A DNA stretch of 63,806 nucleotides from Octopus bimaculoides (taxonomy: Eukaryota): positions 64,472,588 to 64,536,393 of the forward strand of contig NC_068984.1 of assembly GCF_001194135.2 (NCBI RefSeq), in the 5' to 3' direction. A model generated the notes under the pieces. That model saw only the letters and a program-made list of their open reading frames with translations. It was not told the origin of the DNA and did no database searches. Positions 41,089 through 54,726 of the stretch are shown here, in pieces. The position numbers and the translations under genes are program-made. The first letter of the stretch is position 1; the number at the start of each line of letters is the position of its first letter.

Positions 41089-41127
41089 AATATCTAGAAT
41101 CAGGTTCACCCGTGCTAATGCCAAAAT
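41089..41127 (-). CDS. sol-1: SOL-1-like CUB protein, 39-nt inter-CUB linker exon
   Basis: Strong acceptor ttttttttctctctcttttacAG, donor GTAAGT; phase 1 to 1. Gives FVR-N-FGISTGEPDSRY-L-CGF in frame. Confidence 0.85.
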
Positions 41128-41339
41128 CTGTAAAAGAGAGAGAAAAAAACAGGATAAAAAAAATATTCCCTTCCATACAAAGAAATGCAATAAATTATAC
41201 TATAATGAGTTCAAAGTAAAACTATTCTGAGCTGACATCAGGTTCACACAACTACCTAACCCTTGAGTGCCTCTAGCAGAATCCATTCTGTTGCCTGCAG
41301 ATTTTTTCCTTTTTGCTTTATTTTCCTTCTTATCATCAA

Positions 41340-41630
41340 CATAACATCTACTTTCCATGCTTGCATGAGTTGGATAGAATTCATTGAGGCAGATTTTTTA
41401 TGGCTGAATGCTCTTCCTGTCACCAACACTTACCTGTTTCCAAGCAGGTTAATATTTCTGCAAGGCCATATATGTTTACATACACACACACACAGACACA
41501 CACACATGTACAACAGGCTTCTTCCAAGACTTTAGTCAGCCCAACACTATAGTAAAAAACATTGCTACACAGTGGAAATAAACCCAAACAATATGGTTAT
41601 GAAGTAAACTTCTTAATCATAAAAACCATG
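41340..41630 (-). mobile_element. Degenerate RTE-tail plus SINE family B head remnants
   Basis: CTTTCCATGCTTGCATGAGTTGGA...GGCTGAATGCTCTTCCTGTCACCAAC; later CAGGCTTCTTCC...GCTACACAGTGG. Confidence 0.55.
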
Positions 41631-42479
41631 ACTGTGCTTATGCTCATAAAGGAATTTTGCGTAATTAAGTTCTTGAAATTATCTCCCCTCTCTTTTTTAA
41701 GTGCTGCTAGCAAATGCTACAAAGTCTTCCTTTATGTTTTCCTGCCAAGAAGAAAATTAGAGTTAAGGATATCCTGCACGTATTATTTAATATATCACCC
41801 CATTACATATTTATAAATCTTCCCTTTAAAATATCTTGACTAGTTTGCTTCAGTAAACACTGAAAATAATAGCAAAAATGTTATTGATCCCTACCTCTCA
41901 ATCCAAAACAAAGATTAAATCTTAAGACAGAAATTATACAAAAATTTGGATGGCCCAGAAGTAGGTTTACAGTTATTCAACTATCCCTTTTGCATTCATA
42001 TATTAACAGTTTAGATCTTAATTATAAAAAAGTATGAAACCATTACACTATGCTAATTTAGTTAATTTTGTCAAGCTCCCTTTTCAGTTTGTAAGATAGA
42101 AATTTAAAAACGAAATTTAAAGTGCCTACATGATAACTGTAAAACTACTTTTGGGCCACACAAGGCTTTGGTCAACATGGAACCATGTGGTTGGGAAGCA
42201 AACTTCTCCCCACACAGCCATACCTGCACTTATCTGACAACCAAATGATTCTTTACATGTATAAATATGCACATGCACAAATGAACAATACAATTATCAA
42301 TTATATTGCAATGTTTAAATGAAAACAAAACAAAAAAAAAAAAAATAAAAGTTGAAAGAGAAAAGTGAATTTTTAAAACGTGTAAAAAGAAAAATAATAA
42401 AATATCTATAATGAATTAAAAACATTTCCATTAAAAATGGAGTGCAAGAAATCAGTTAATTATCTTTTGAACACCAATA

Positions 42480-42625
42480 GGTAAATAATCATCATCATTT
42501 AACATCTGTCTTCCGTGCTGGCATGGGTTGGATTGTTTAGCAGGAACTGGCTAGGCAGAAGACTGCACCAGGCATGGGTTTCATGGTCGGATGCCCTTCC
42601 TAACACCATTCACCCCACAGAGTGA
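42480..42625 (-). mobile_element. RTE 3' tail fragment
   Basis: ATCATCATCATTTAACATCTGTCTTCCGTGCTGGCATGGGTTGG...GGATGCCCTTCCTAACACC. Confidence 0.75.
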
Positions 42626-42860
42626 GGTATTATATCTATTAATATTAAGCAATGTTGTTTTCAGCAAAAAAAAACAAAAAAACAGTAGATGCACACACAC
42701 ATGTGTGTGTGTGTGTACAAATGTTTATGTACGAGTGTGCTTGGTTGTATGCAAGCGTGTAAATATAAAACTGCAATATTTAGAATACATATGTGTGCCT
42801 CTTTCTCGTATTCTTTATCTTTGTCAGTAAATGTGTGTGTGTGATTTGTATGTTTTATCT

Positions 42861-43305
42861 TTAATCTTTTATTTGTTTCAGTCATTTGACTGCAGCCATG
42901 CTGGGGCACCATCTTGAAAGGTGCAAATTGACCCCAGGGCTTATTTCTTTGAAGTCTAGTACTTATTCTACCAGTATCTTTTGATGAACTGCTAAGTTAC
43001 GGAAACATAAACAAACCAACACTGGTTGTCAAGTAATGTTGAGGGGACAAACACAGACAGAAAGGCAAATACATATAGATACAACAAGCTTCTTTCAGTT
43101 TCCGTTGACCAAATCGTGTATATATATATATATATGTATATATATACATACACATACAACAGCCTTATTTCAGTTACCATCTACCAAATCTACTCACAAG
43201 GCTTTGGTCAACTCAAGGATATAGCAGAAAACAAAGTGCCACACAGTGAGACTGAACCAGGAACCATGTGGTTGGGAAGCAAGCTTTTTACCATACACCC
43301 ACATC
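42861..43305 (-). mobile_element. SINE family B, full length, CpG-decayed
   Basis: Colinear with 18766-19156. Confidence 0.85.
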
Positions 43306-43456
43306 TTTCTCTCTATATATATCTATCTCTTTTTCTCCTCTCCCATCTGTTTTTATTATTTATCTGTCTACTTATCACTGAAAGAACATTTGTATGTAAA
43401 TGCATGCATGCCAAATTGCAATATCTTGCATGTATATTAGCTCTTCTGTCTGTCTG

Positions 43457-43488
<32 letters not shown>

Positions 43489-43910
43489 TCTATGTCACTC
43501 TCTCTCTCTCTCTCTCTCTCTTTTGATCATTCCATAACTACAAAAGTAATGCATTAATATAATGCTTCATAGATGTTTTTTTATTCCTTAGTCTAAACAG
43601 CACCCATGAGAGACTGAGAAAGACACTAATAACGCATAACTGTGTGTGTGTTGGGGAGTGTATATGTGTGTGTTGGGGAGTGCATATGTGTGTGCATAAC
43701 CAACAAAGATAAATACAAAATGAGTTAAGAAAAAGCCAACCAGAACGCCCATCATTAAACTATTATCTGTATGAAATCATGTCCACAGAAAAATATATTT
43801 CATATTTCCCTAGTTAGTAGGGTGAATGGAAAATGACTATTGCGCATAGACATTCATGCAAACATATGTGTTGCATGTCTGTGCGCATGCAAGCATTTAT
43901 CTATCTATAT

Positions 43911-44120
43911 ATTCTTTTATTTGTTTCTGTCATTTGATTATGGCCTGCTGGAGCACAGCCTTGAAGTGTTTTAGTCAAACAAATTGACACCAGGACCTAT
44001 TTTTTAAGCCTAGCACTAATTATATCAGTTTGTTTTGCTGAACCACTAAGTTATATGAATGTAAACACACCTACACAAGTTGTCAAGCAGTGATAGGTGT
44101 CAAATACAGACACAAAAACA
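43911..44120 (-). mobile_element. SINE family B, 3' module
   Basis: TTCTTTTATTTGTTTCTGTCATTTGATTATGGCCTGCTGGAGCAC...AAGCCTAGCACT. Confidence 0.75.
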
Positions 44121-44129
44121 CACACACAC

Positions 44130-44170
<41 letters not shown>

Positions 44171-44526
44171 NNNNNNNNNNNNNNNNNNNNNNNNNNNNNN
44201 NNNNNNNNNNNNNNNNNNNNNNNNNNNNNNNNNNNNNNNNNNNNNNNNNNNNNNNNNNNNNNNNNNNNNNNNNNNNNNNNNNNNNNNNNNNNNNNNNNNN
44301 NNNNNNNNNNNNNNNNNNNNNNNNNNNNNNNNNNNNNNNNNNNNNNNNNNNNNNNNNNNNNNNNNNNNNNNNNNNNNNNNNNNNNNNNNNNNNNNNNNNN
44401 NNNNNNNNNNNNNNNNNNNNNNNNNNNNNNNNNNNNNNNNNNNNNNNNNNNNNNNNNNNNNNNNNNNNNNNNNNNNNNNNNNNNNNNNNNNNNNNNNNNN
44501 NNNNNNATCTATATATATATATATAT

Positions 44527-44747
44527 GTGTGTGTGTATGTGTGTGTTTGTGTTTGTCCCCCTAGCATTGCTCGACAACCGATGCTGGTGTGTTTGTGTCC
44601 CCATCACCTAGCAGTTCGGCATAAGAGACCGATAGAATAAGTACTAGGCTTACAAAGAATAGGCCCCGGGGTCGATTTGCTCGACTAAATGCGGTGCTCC
44701 AGCATGGCTGCAGTCAAATGACTGAAACAAGTAAAAGAGTAAAAGAG
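44527..44747 (+). mobile_element. SINE family B, 3' module, young (CpGs intact); head presumably in the gap
   Basis: GACAACCGATGCTGGTGTG...GACCGATAGAATAAGTACTAGGCTTAC...GAAACAAGTAAAAGAGTAAAAGAG. Confidence 0.9.
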
Positions 44748-45107
44748 ATATACACATACACGTATATATATATATAAGTTGTTTTTTATTATTCTATCTT
44801 GTTTCCACAACGTTCTCATAGAAGTGGTACTTTAAATACTCTTAAGACTATACAATGTGACAAGGGGTAAGCCTAAAACAATTCTTCTTAATCTAGAAGT
44901 GGTGACAAATTACTGAGTGATATATTATTACATATACAAAAGTGATAACAATTATATAAATCATGACGAAAAATAACATCAATATTCTAATGCTGTTTCT
45001 TCTTTTTGTCATGAGCTGAATGAATCTGCCACAGAGCAGTGAAAACCAAAGTGGAACATGGAAACTATAAGCATAAAAGGAGAAATTAAACACTGAACAC
45101 CACTCAT

Positions 45108-45186
45108 CAGCCATAGAGACCAGAAGCTGAGAAGTTGTGACGTAATTAAAGTGTCAAAACTACCCAGGTTCTGGTCTCTATAGCTG
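45108..45186 (-). ncRNA. Candidate intronic pri-/pre-miRNA hairpin
   Basis: Ungapped 34-position stem on the minus strand (29 Watson-Crick, 2 G-U, 3 mismatches) with an 11-nt loop. Structural support only; no expression evidence. Confidence 0.4.
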
Positions 45187-46489
45187 GTATATCGATACAC
45201 ACATATAGTTACATTCATTTACATATGGATATCCTGGTTTTGGAATAACTGTACCTGGTGCCTGCTACCGATGTTATTTGAGTGATTTTTTCCCTTTTTT
45301 TGTGTTAATGCAAACAAACCTTTATGAAGGAAACCTATGACAAAATTCAGATATGTTGCTATCTGAATTTCATTTCAAAACCTTTTCTTGCTTATAAGTT
45401 TTGATTCAACAAAGTTAAACAAAACTAGACACAAATATTGACAATAACAACTGTCTTGTGTAATCTTTGCACTAGTATTTCTATATTTAATTAAATTCTA
45501 ATCAGCCATGTGCGTAAAAGACAATTATACTTAGCGTTTAAAGATTCCATGGAAATATAGACTAAAAGAAAAAAAAAAGTATTCTAAATTGAACTGGAAT
45601 CAGCATATTAATAAATTTTATATTTTTACTTTTCTTTCTCAGAAAACAGGGTCTTATTTCCCTGTTATTGAATTTAAGTAACTTATAGCAATCTTGGGAC
45701 ATCATAAACTTTGGCAATGCATAAATGCTTTTGCTAATGATTTCTTCCAGTTGATATCGATCAGGAATGAATTATTCTAAATAATAAAAGAAAGTAAATA
45801 AAAGAATCATAACTGATTAAGCTATCATCTAAATTTAGCATTTGGTATAGATAACATTGTAAAAATAGATGATATTGAAGATCTGGTTCTTATGTTATGG
45901 ACACAGTGGTAATGTATGCACATGCGTGTGTGTGTGTGTGTGTGAACTGTTCTAGTTCTTGCCAAGGAATGTTCAAACTAATCACGAAGGCAAAAATCAT
46001 TGATTGCTTTGCTCTCTTCAACTTCTTTTATTGGAAATTCGCTAACCTGAAGACATAAAAATAATACAAAACAAATAAACAAGAAAGGAAAAATAAAAGA
46101 GAAATATATCCTTAGATACTGTCACATTCGGAGATAGATGGATATAAAATTGCTATATATCATTCAGTTTCCAGTGATTAATGTCTCTTTTATTTTTTTA
46201 TTTTTTGTTGTTACATTTCATGCATCTTCTTCAAACAAGAGTTATTTGTAGCCAATGCTTAAACATAAGTAAACCTTCAATGATTTAATTAAATATCATG
46301 TGGAAGTTGTCCAATAAAACGTAATGTCATATTGCCTCTTCCTTTCATCTCTTTATATTTCTCAGATATAGTACACTGGCAATCATATCCCGCCTCAAAT
46401 AATTATATTAATACTGATTTCTAGCATAGGTAAAATGCAACAAAGTTTAAGTGAAGGAAGCAATTAATTATATTGACTCTAATACTTGA

Positions 46490-47710
46490 CTTCTACTTCA
46501 TTTTACAGATCCTAGGAACCTGAAGGGCAGACTGACCTTAGTAGGATTTTAAGTCAAAACTTAAAGGGGCATAAACTAAATGAGCACAACATTTTGCTTA
46601 ATATTCAACTGATTCTGAAAAACCACTGCACTTTAATAATAATAATTATTCTTTCTAATTTTGGCATTTCACCAGAAATTATTGAGGGGAGGGGCAAGTC
46701 GATTACATCAAACTCAATACTTGGCTGCTTCTTTATCTCAGTGACCCTGAAAGAATGAAAAGCAAAACTACCCTGGGCATAATTTGTCCAACATTCTAAC
46801 AATTAGGCCAGCAATTTTTGGGGAGGGGTTAAGTTAATTACATTGACTCCAGTGCTCAACAGGTATTTATTTTATCAACCCTGAAAGAATGAAGGGCAAA
46901 GTTGACCTCAACAGAATTTGAACCCAGAACATAAAGACCGACAAAATGTCACTAAGCATTTTGCTCAGAGTGGTAATAAATCTGCTAGCTTGCCACCTTT
47001 ACAACAACAACAATAATAATGATGATGATGATGATAATAACAATAATAATAATAGTTTCTGATTTTGGCACAAGGATAGCAATTTGTGGAGGAGGGGATT
47101 AGTCAATACTATTGATTCCAGTACTCTGCTGGTACTTATTTTACTGAATTACGACAAAGTTACATTGGCAGGTTTTGAACTCAAAATGTGAAAAGGCAGA
47201 ACAAATACTACAAAGCACTACATATTATCCAAAATTCCAACAATTCTGTCAATAATAATAATAATAATAATATAATGCAGCAAGACAAAAGAGATGTATT
47301 TGTCATTAAGGTAGGCCTTAATGCCAATGACTGTGACAAATAGTGTCTTTTGAAGTGACTTCAACACACTGAAACTGGCACACAGTTTATCAACCCCAGA
47401 AAGGTGAAAGGTGAACTCAGATCATTAATGGCACTACCTAAATACACCTTGTCCAGTAACAGTTAGGATTTCTGCTATTCCATAGGCTTGCTATAATGAT
47501 AAAAATGACAATGATTTCAAAGATAGGCCAAATGCCACAGATATTTGAGCAGAAGTATGTTCAATGAAATTAAAACCAACATTTGGTGAGTACTTATTTT
47601 ATGTATTCTCAAAAAATGGAAAGCAAAATTGACCCAATTTAGAATTAAACTTAAAATCTAAAGGGACATAACTAAATAGCACAAGACACTATTATATCCA
47701 ACACTGTGGA
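46490..47710 (-). mobile_element. Stack of about 6 degenerate family A SINE copies separated by (AAT)n-like tracts
   Basis: Repeated TTTAT..ACCC.GAAAG.ATGAA.GGCAAA.T.GACC modules near 46500, 46740, 46870, 47140, 47390 and 47600; best preserved at 46805-46998. Confidence 0.7.
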
Positions 47711-48984
47711 TTCTGCTACACTTAGAGTTATAACAATATATGAGATTCTTGATTATTCTTTTATTTTAGCAATGGTGTATAAAATAATTTAAGATAAAAA
47801 TGTAAATAGAGTTCTGTGCTTTGTTCAGATACAAAATACATCTGCTGTTAGACAAGACTCATGACAATAATAATGAATGTATTATTATGTGGTTTCACAA
47901 GGTAATGTTCTAATTTGCTTCAATTGGTAGCAGTATATTGGTGCCTTTTGTCTAAATACAAAATCTTACATTTTGTGAGATACAGAGGCAGGATACTGCA
48001 ACTCTCACAGCTTTCATCAGGACATTAGTTAACATTAGATAAGTGAAATAATTTTGACCAAAACTTGAATCTGCATCTCAGTTTGCTTGTGCATTATCTT
48101 ATTTCATGTTGTATGAGATTTGTTGCATTTAAAATACTGGAAGAAACTAGTAGGTAAATAGCATTTACTAGAAGCCCTACATTGTCAAAGGCTATGTTAA
48201 ATGTTTGACAAGACTATTGTGCCAGTAACTTTTATGAACAAGTGGAAGTTTAAGGTTGCTCAAATACCCAGAATACTTATGAGATCCTAGACACTTTAAA
48301 TTAAACAAATTACAATAATCAAATTAAATGCCAATGGTAAATAGGCAGGCTAATACCTAGACTTGTCACTCAACTTCTCTATTCCAATGCACTAAACTCA
48401 TCAAAAATAATTGAGCTTAATTGTTCTTTAATAAATAAGATTGGGTGAATAAATCTGATTATTACTTGATATACTATAGCACCTAATGCTAACCATACCC
48501 ACTAAATTAAATTGGTATTTTTAAGTATGTAAGAAACAGTTTACTGTGAACAGTTTCTAATTTAACCTAATGCATTAAGTAAAGCTGTAGTAAAGATAAG
48601 TTTAAATTAATAGTGACATGTTCAATATCATATTATGTAAGAGTTGCGTATCAGGAGTGATTATTTAACTTGTGTATTTTCTTTGCTCAAGTAACAAACC
48701 TACACATTAGTGAATTCATGTAATGTAGCATTTAAGCTTTGCTTTGGGGTTTGGTTTTTAAAAGAGTTCAGAATCTATGAGGGAAAGGCCTACCTATTCA
48801 AAATTACCTCATAATTCATTACATGTAAATTGTTGCTGTTGGGAGGGAGATTAGCTTCTAAATGCTTCAAAAATATCACTTACTAATATTGAGCTTTAGG
48901 TAAAATAATAAATACTTGACCTGTTGTATTCATTCCGATTACCTAACCACTCCATCTCCACTGTAGCCCAACTCAGTGAAAGGA

Positions 48985-49209
48985 CATCTGAGTCACTTGA
49001 GTTGTTTAACAACCTCACTAGTGTTGGTGCCATGAAAAAAGCATCCAGTACACTCTGTAAATTGATTGATATAAGGATGAGCATCTAGCTGTAGAAACCA
49101 TGCCAAGGCAGATATTGGAGTATGATGTAGTCCTTGAACCCACTGGATCTTGTTGAGCTGTCCAACCCATGCCAGCATGCATGGAAGATGAACATTAAAA
49201 TATGATGAC
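48985..49209 (+). mobile_element. RTE 3' tail, degenerate
   Basis: GCATCTAGCTGTAGAAACCATGCC...GTCCAACCCATGCCAGCATG...ATGATGAC. Confidence 0.7.
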
Positions 49210-49489
49210 AAACTAGCTAGGTTTTTAATTCATAATCCTTTTTTAAAATTTAGGGGCACTTTATAACATATGGTTAATCCAGCACAGTAGTTGAATCCAA
49301 TATATTACTTTGATTCATAATGTATTTTATATTAGGAACTAGACATTGAATCAGACATATATTGCAATTTTTCTTATCTTGGCTATCTTTGCTATTATAT
49401 TCACAATATGATGCATCTCGCAAAGGCAGAAGTACAATCAATTACATCAGTCTCACAATATTACTGATATATATTTATCAATATAGTTA

Positions 49490-49640
49490 TATAATTAAGA
49501 GGCTCACTTTGCAATCAGAGTGAGTTCAATCTCATTCACTATTGCAGTTCCTTGGGTATGTGTCTTTTACCAGAGCTGTAACTAAACCCTAAGCCTTTAG
49601 AGTAAATTTGGATAGACAGTAACTGTAAAGGGGACTGTCT
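49490..49640 (+). mobile_element. SINE family B head, degenerate
   Basis: TTAAGAGGCTCACTTTGCAATC...GAGTTCAATCTC...CCTTGGGTATGTGTCTTTTAC. Confidence 0.55.
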
Positions 49641-49702
49641 TAGGTGGTAGGCTTAAGCTGTTGTCTGGCTCACTGCCATCACTTGCTCTTGGATGACTTT
49701 AA

Positions 49703-49914
49703 CCCTTTCATTATTGTATTTTTTTTTTAGATGCTGTGTGTTTCTTTCAGTTACTTTAAATATATCAAAGAATTTAGTAAAATAACTTTCAGCTAGTGTT
49801 AGGAACATAAATTGTGACTAAGATTAGGTGGAAGATTTTAATTCAAAACTTATGAAAACAAGACATTTGTACTCAGAGCCGGAGGTAGTCTCAGTTGGGT
49901 TGGTAACGAAAGGG
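49703..49914. mobile_element. piggyBac-type MITE (212 bp)
   Basis: TTAA at 49699-49702 and 49915-49918; termini CCCTTTCATTA / TAACGAAAGGG; no ORF. Confidence 0.8.
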
Positions 49915-51056
49915 TTAAGAGAGTTCGTTCTGTTGCATTTGGATCAGATATGCAATCTAAGTGAGAAGAACTAGATATCAAATTGTCCAGTTTCATACTG
50001 CAGTAACACATGAATTGTATTGTTTCTTTCTTCTTTTCCTCTTCCAGTAATGAAGACCCTGTTAAAAGTTATGGGCATTTCTCTTTCTCTTCTGACTTAT
50101 CTTTAAAACATAGACACACATTCACATTAGAAGATTAAATGATTGACTATTAAATCAACCCTGGAAAGATATGAGCTCAACTTTTGTAAAGCATCAATTA
50201 ATATGCCATAAAAATGAATAGCTTTATACGACTGTTAACTCTTATTTGTTATATTCAATAATGATTTTCTTGCACTAGGTCAATCATAGGCAACATTTTA
50301 CAAGAAGTGAGTCACATGAGACATGCATGGCTCATCACCAGACAGGCCACACTACTAAAAGAGTCAAGGTAATTTTTTTTATTTGGCATGCCATTCAGAA
50401 AGTCTATGTCTTCACTAGGTACTTAAGCCAAATAATTTTCAGGAGAGGAGTATATTGAATAGATGCTTTCTCTAATCCAACCAATATATTACTGTAACTA
50501 TATATTATTGACTCAATGGAATTTTACAGTATGAGAATATTCACTTCTGACAAAAATTGAATTCTGGACTGTTGAAATACCAAAAGACTTGTCTAGCTTT
50601 CTATCAGGTAGGTCATTTCCAGTAACCCACGAAGTCAAAAAAAAGAAAAGAAAAGAAGTTGCAATAACAACTGCCGGAAATACCAATCTATAATGAAACG
50701 CTGCCCAAACACTAAACAGGAAATACTCATATTTCATTACATAATGTATTTATACTAACACAAGATATTGCTTAATGTGATATAAAAAAAATGGAATTAA
50801 TAAATATATATAAATATGTATATATAAAATAAAAATTAAATATGTGGTTAAGAAGATCAAACATCTACTTTAGAATTTGATATATCAAAAGTGATTACAA
50901 ATCATATTTTATGAAAATATAAACTTACAAACAACAGAGGAAGGAAGAAGTACTCATGCACAGAGAAACATACACAAATAACAAATACATATATACTACC
51001 CATATACATATACACACACACACACACGCACACACACACACGCACACACACACACG

Positions 51057-51103
<47 letters not shown>

Positions 51104-51213
51104 NNNNNNNNNNTTATACATACTCATTTACATATATAGACATATATCTACACACACATACATATATACACACATAGACATAATATGTGCATATGTGTAT
51201 ACAAATACCTATC

Positions 51214-51288
<75 letters not shown>

Positions 51289-51378
51289 ACACACAATACA
51301 TTACATACAGTAATTTATCTTTCTCTCTCTCTCTTTATTTATCTATCTATCTATCTATTCATCTATCTATCTCTCTCA

Positions 51379-51411
<33 letters not shown>

Positions 51412-53524
51412 CATACACACACACATGCACACTCACAAAGAAGGAGAGAGTGAGAAAGAAAGAGAATAAAGAGAGTAAAAAAATGTTGCTAAGTGTGATT
51501 AATTGCACAGAAACGTATTTATATATGTGTATCTCAAAAGTGATTCAATCAAAAATAGATTATATTCTTTGATAAATACAAGTAATTAATTTGATTTACT
51601 TCATTTCTCCCAGGCATTTTGATTTAGCAGTGAGTGGAAAAAAAAAAAGAAAACTTAAATATACTACAATATTTTTTTCCACTTTGCTGCGCTTAACTAC
51701 CATATAGGATTGGCATGTAAAACAATATTTAGAAATCTAACATAAACAAAAATAATTTTAAACAAATATAGATGTTAATCAAGCATTTTATGATTGCACT
51801 TGGCATTTCATAGTGATAAGCTACACCATCTACAATTCTGTTTACAGTTATAGATGGTATAAACGACAACACCCAAACACTAATGTCCAAACATTAAAGC
51901 AGTCAGGAAGCTGATATGATGAATTTGAAGTGGCATCTATTATCATATCATCCAAGAGTTACTTAATGTAAAGAATAGCCCAGTACAACATTAGTCTTGT
52001 TTTTGATTTTATGAAAATAAAAGGAAAATAAAATTAAAAACCAGAATTTTAGAGGAATACTGATGGTATGCATTGGAAAATGTTAGTTTAGTTCAATAAA
52101 GCTTAAAAATGGATTATGCAGGTGAGATGAGAAAAAAAATATTTCTAATGATGCGGAAAATTTTCTTTCAGAAAATGACCCGAAATATCAGAATGTATTT
52201 TCTTATTTGTTATTTTTTTCTTGGTTTTTTAACAGTTCAGGCAAAGGAGAAAGGGCAGTGCCCATTAACTTTTTACAGAATCATTGAGACTTGCTAATGA
52301 AACAGAAGAAAGAAAAGAAAACCTACAGATTATTCTCAGATTGTAGATTTAGTCCACATGTTTGCAAGAGAGTGAATTCTGTTAAAGGCACCATGGGGCT
52401 AAATTGTTCTTCTCCTTTTTTACCTTTACTATTACTTTTTTACCTTTACTATTACTGTTATATATCTTATACCTAGTACAGACTTTCTAGATATTGTTTA
52501 TCATGGATTATGAATGCATCTCACTAACCGGCCAGAAAATGTTTCTTTATTATTAGATATCTGCATAATTCAACAAGTCATATGATTGCTCCAAAGCCAA
52601 AAGTTGAACACACTCAAACTGTTTAAACACATTTTTAACTAGTAATTATATCATCCATTAATGTTAGACTAAATTCCATCATTGGCATCAACATTTTGAT
52701 AAACCTTTTATTATGCTGGTAGAAGAAATCTATTTTATAGTATATCACTACCCATCTCAGTTATATACTATCTCATCTGTGGAGCTCAACATCATGAGAT
52801 CTAAATTCACCACTTCTTCCAATGTCTTCTTTGGTATTTTTCTATAAACACATGGCTTTTTAACTTTTGGCACTCAGTATCCATTTCCTTCAAATTTTAT
52901 ACCAATGTAGCTGTCTCTCATACACATATTCTCTCAACCCTATAATATGCAGTGGTTTCCTTAGTCCTATATCTCATATAAATTAACATTACATATCCCT
53001 AATGATACTCATTTTTCTTCAATCTATGCACATTTTCCCAAATTTAATATACATGTTTCACAACCATGCATCATTACTCTTCCAAAACAAGCTTCACACA
53101 GCCTGCACAAAGTGGGAAAAACCTTTTGATTCCTGCAGTGGTAGCAATACTTAACTTTTTCTTTACCACTTTATTTCTGATGTCACATCAATTTCTAAGC
53201 ATTAACAAATCATTCTACAACACTCAAACACAACGAACTTCCAAAATATCTGTAATATTTAGGCTCTTTTCTATGTACAATAATTTGAAGTTACTGGAGT
53301 ATATAATCTACAGCAATATAAGCTTCAATGTATGATTTTTATTCCTTGATCACAAGGAGTTTAGTATGATTTCTGACAGTTAAGATACCATGAAACCATG
53401 AAAGACAGATGAAATCCTTTATTTCCTAGTATACTTAATAAAACCTTAAAATTCTATTTCAGATGAATGATATTCATATAACCCCAAGTTACAAACTGAA
53501 AGGAGCAAAGTTGATTAAGTTATA

Positions 53525-53630
53525 TATATAAAGCCTGGAAGAATAAGGACCAAAGTCAACTTCTATGGGATTTGAACAGAAAATATAACACTGCAGCATA
53601 TTGTTTGTTCAATATGCTACTGATTCTACT
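53525..53630 (-). mobile_element. SINE family A remnant
   Basis: CCTGGAAGAATAAGGACCAAAGTCAACTTCTATGGGATTTGAAC. Confidence 0.5.
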
Positions 53631-54726
53631 TATATAGGAAAATCTCTACACAGCACATGAAAGGACAGGAAAAAAAGATCTAATGAGATATGACAGATAA
53701 AACATCTGATATCATTTCATGCAAGCCGCTCTACTCTTTCTATTCTAAATTAATAACTTTATCCAACATATCAGTTTCAAATGCAGACTACAAACTTATA
53801 ACTCTAATAAAATGGAGTCTAACAAAGTTACTTTTTATAGCATACATTAGAATGTTGTAAAGCTAACTTTAATAGATGACTTGATGTCTATTATATTTCC
53901 AGATAAACTGAGGCAAATGGAAATAAATGTATCGCCCCAAGACACAATAGGATGAAATGAACTGATAATCCAACAACTGAAAGTTTACTGTTTTATTTAA
54001 TGGATATTTCTTTATATGTGTGTATCATACTGAAGACATGATAATATTGTCTAATTTTGAACAAAACAAGATGATATACAACTAATTTAATTTTGATGCA
54101 TTGTTGAACTAAGTAGCGAATATAATATATTCACTCCTTTTATGCATGGAGTATTTTCATTTATTTTTAAACACAAATGCTCCCTGATTCACACACATAC
54201 AAACACCATCATTATTTTCATCATGATCGTTTTTTACCTGTACACCTGCTTTTCCATGCTTGCCTGTGACAGTGTATTGCTATTTGTCATATCTTTTGTG
54301 AAATTCAACTTATTGAGATCGGCTTCAACCACTTTTTCTTATATCTTCCTTGGCCATATGCTTCAACAAGTTCCTTTTGCTTGTATTGCTTGGCACTTTG
54401 AAATCCAACTTCCATCTTCAGTATGTATCATGTTTGTATCACAAGCTCTCAATCTTCCATGCTATATGTGATTCTTCATATATCCAATTTTCTGTCATCA
54501 TTTGTGTGCTGACATTCATGCACATTAACATTACACATTTAGCTTACTTAATTTTGTTTCTAGCCTTCATGCATCCTGTGCCTACATTACTCATGTTTGA
54601 TTACTGTGTAAAATCATGCTTTGTGTACAAGAATCATATAATCTGCCCTTTGCTAAAAGAGAAAAATCCTCAAGTTTCCAGCAGAAATAATAGCTCTGAA
54701 TTTTACACCTTGTTCTTACTCTAGTT

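Noticed and set aside
50513-50737. Minus-strand ORF containing SFGIST...FVRS, echoing the NFGIST linker exon and the FVR exon end
   Set aside because: No polypyrimidine tract at the needed acceptor, a weak GTGAAT donor and the motifs in the wrong order; judged coincidence.
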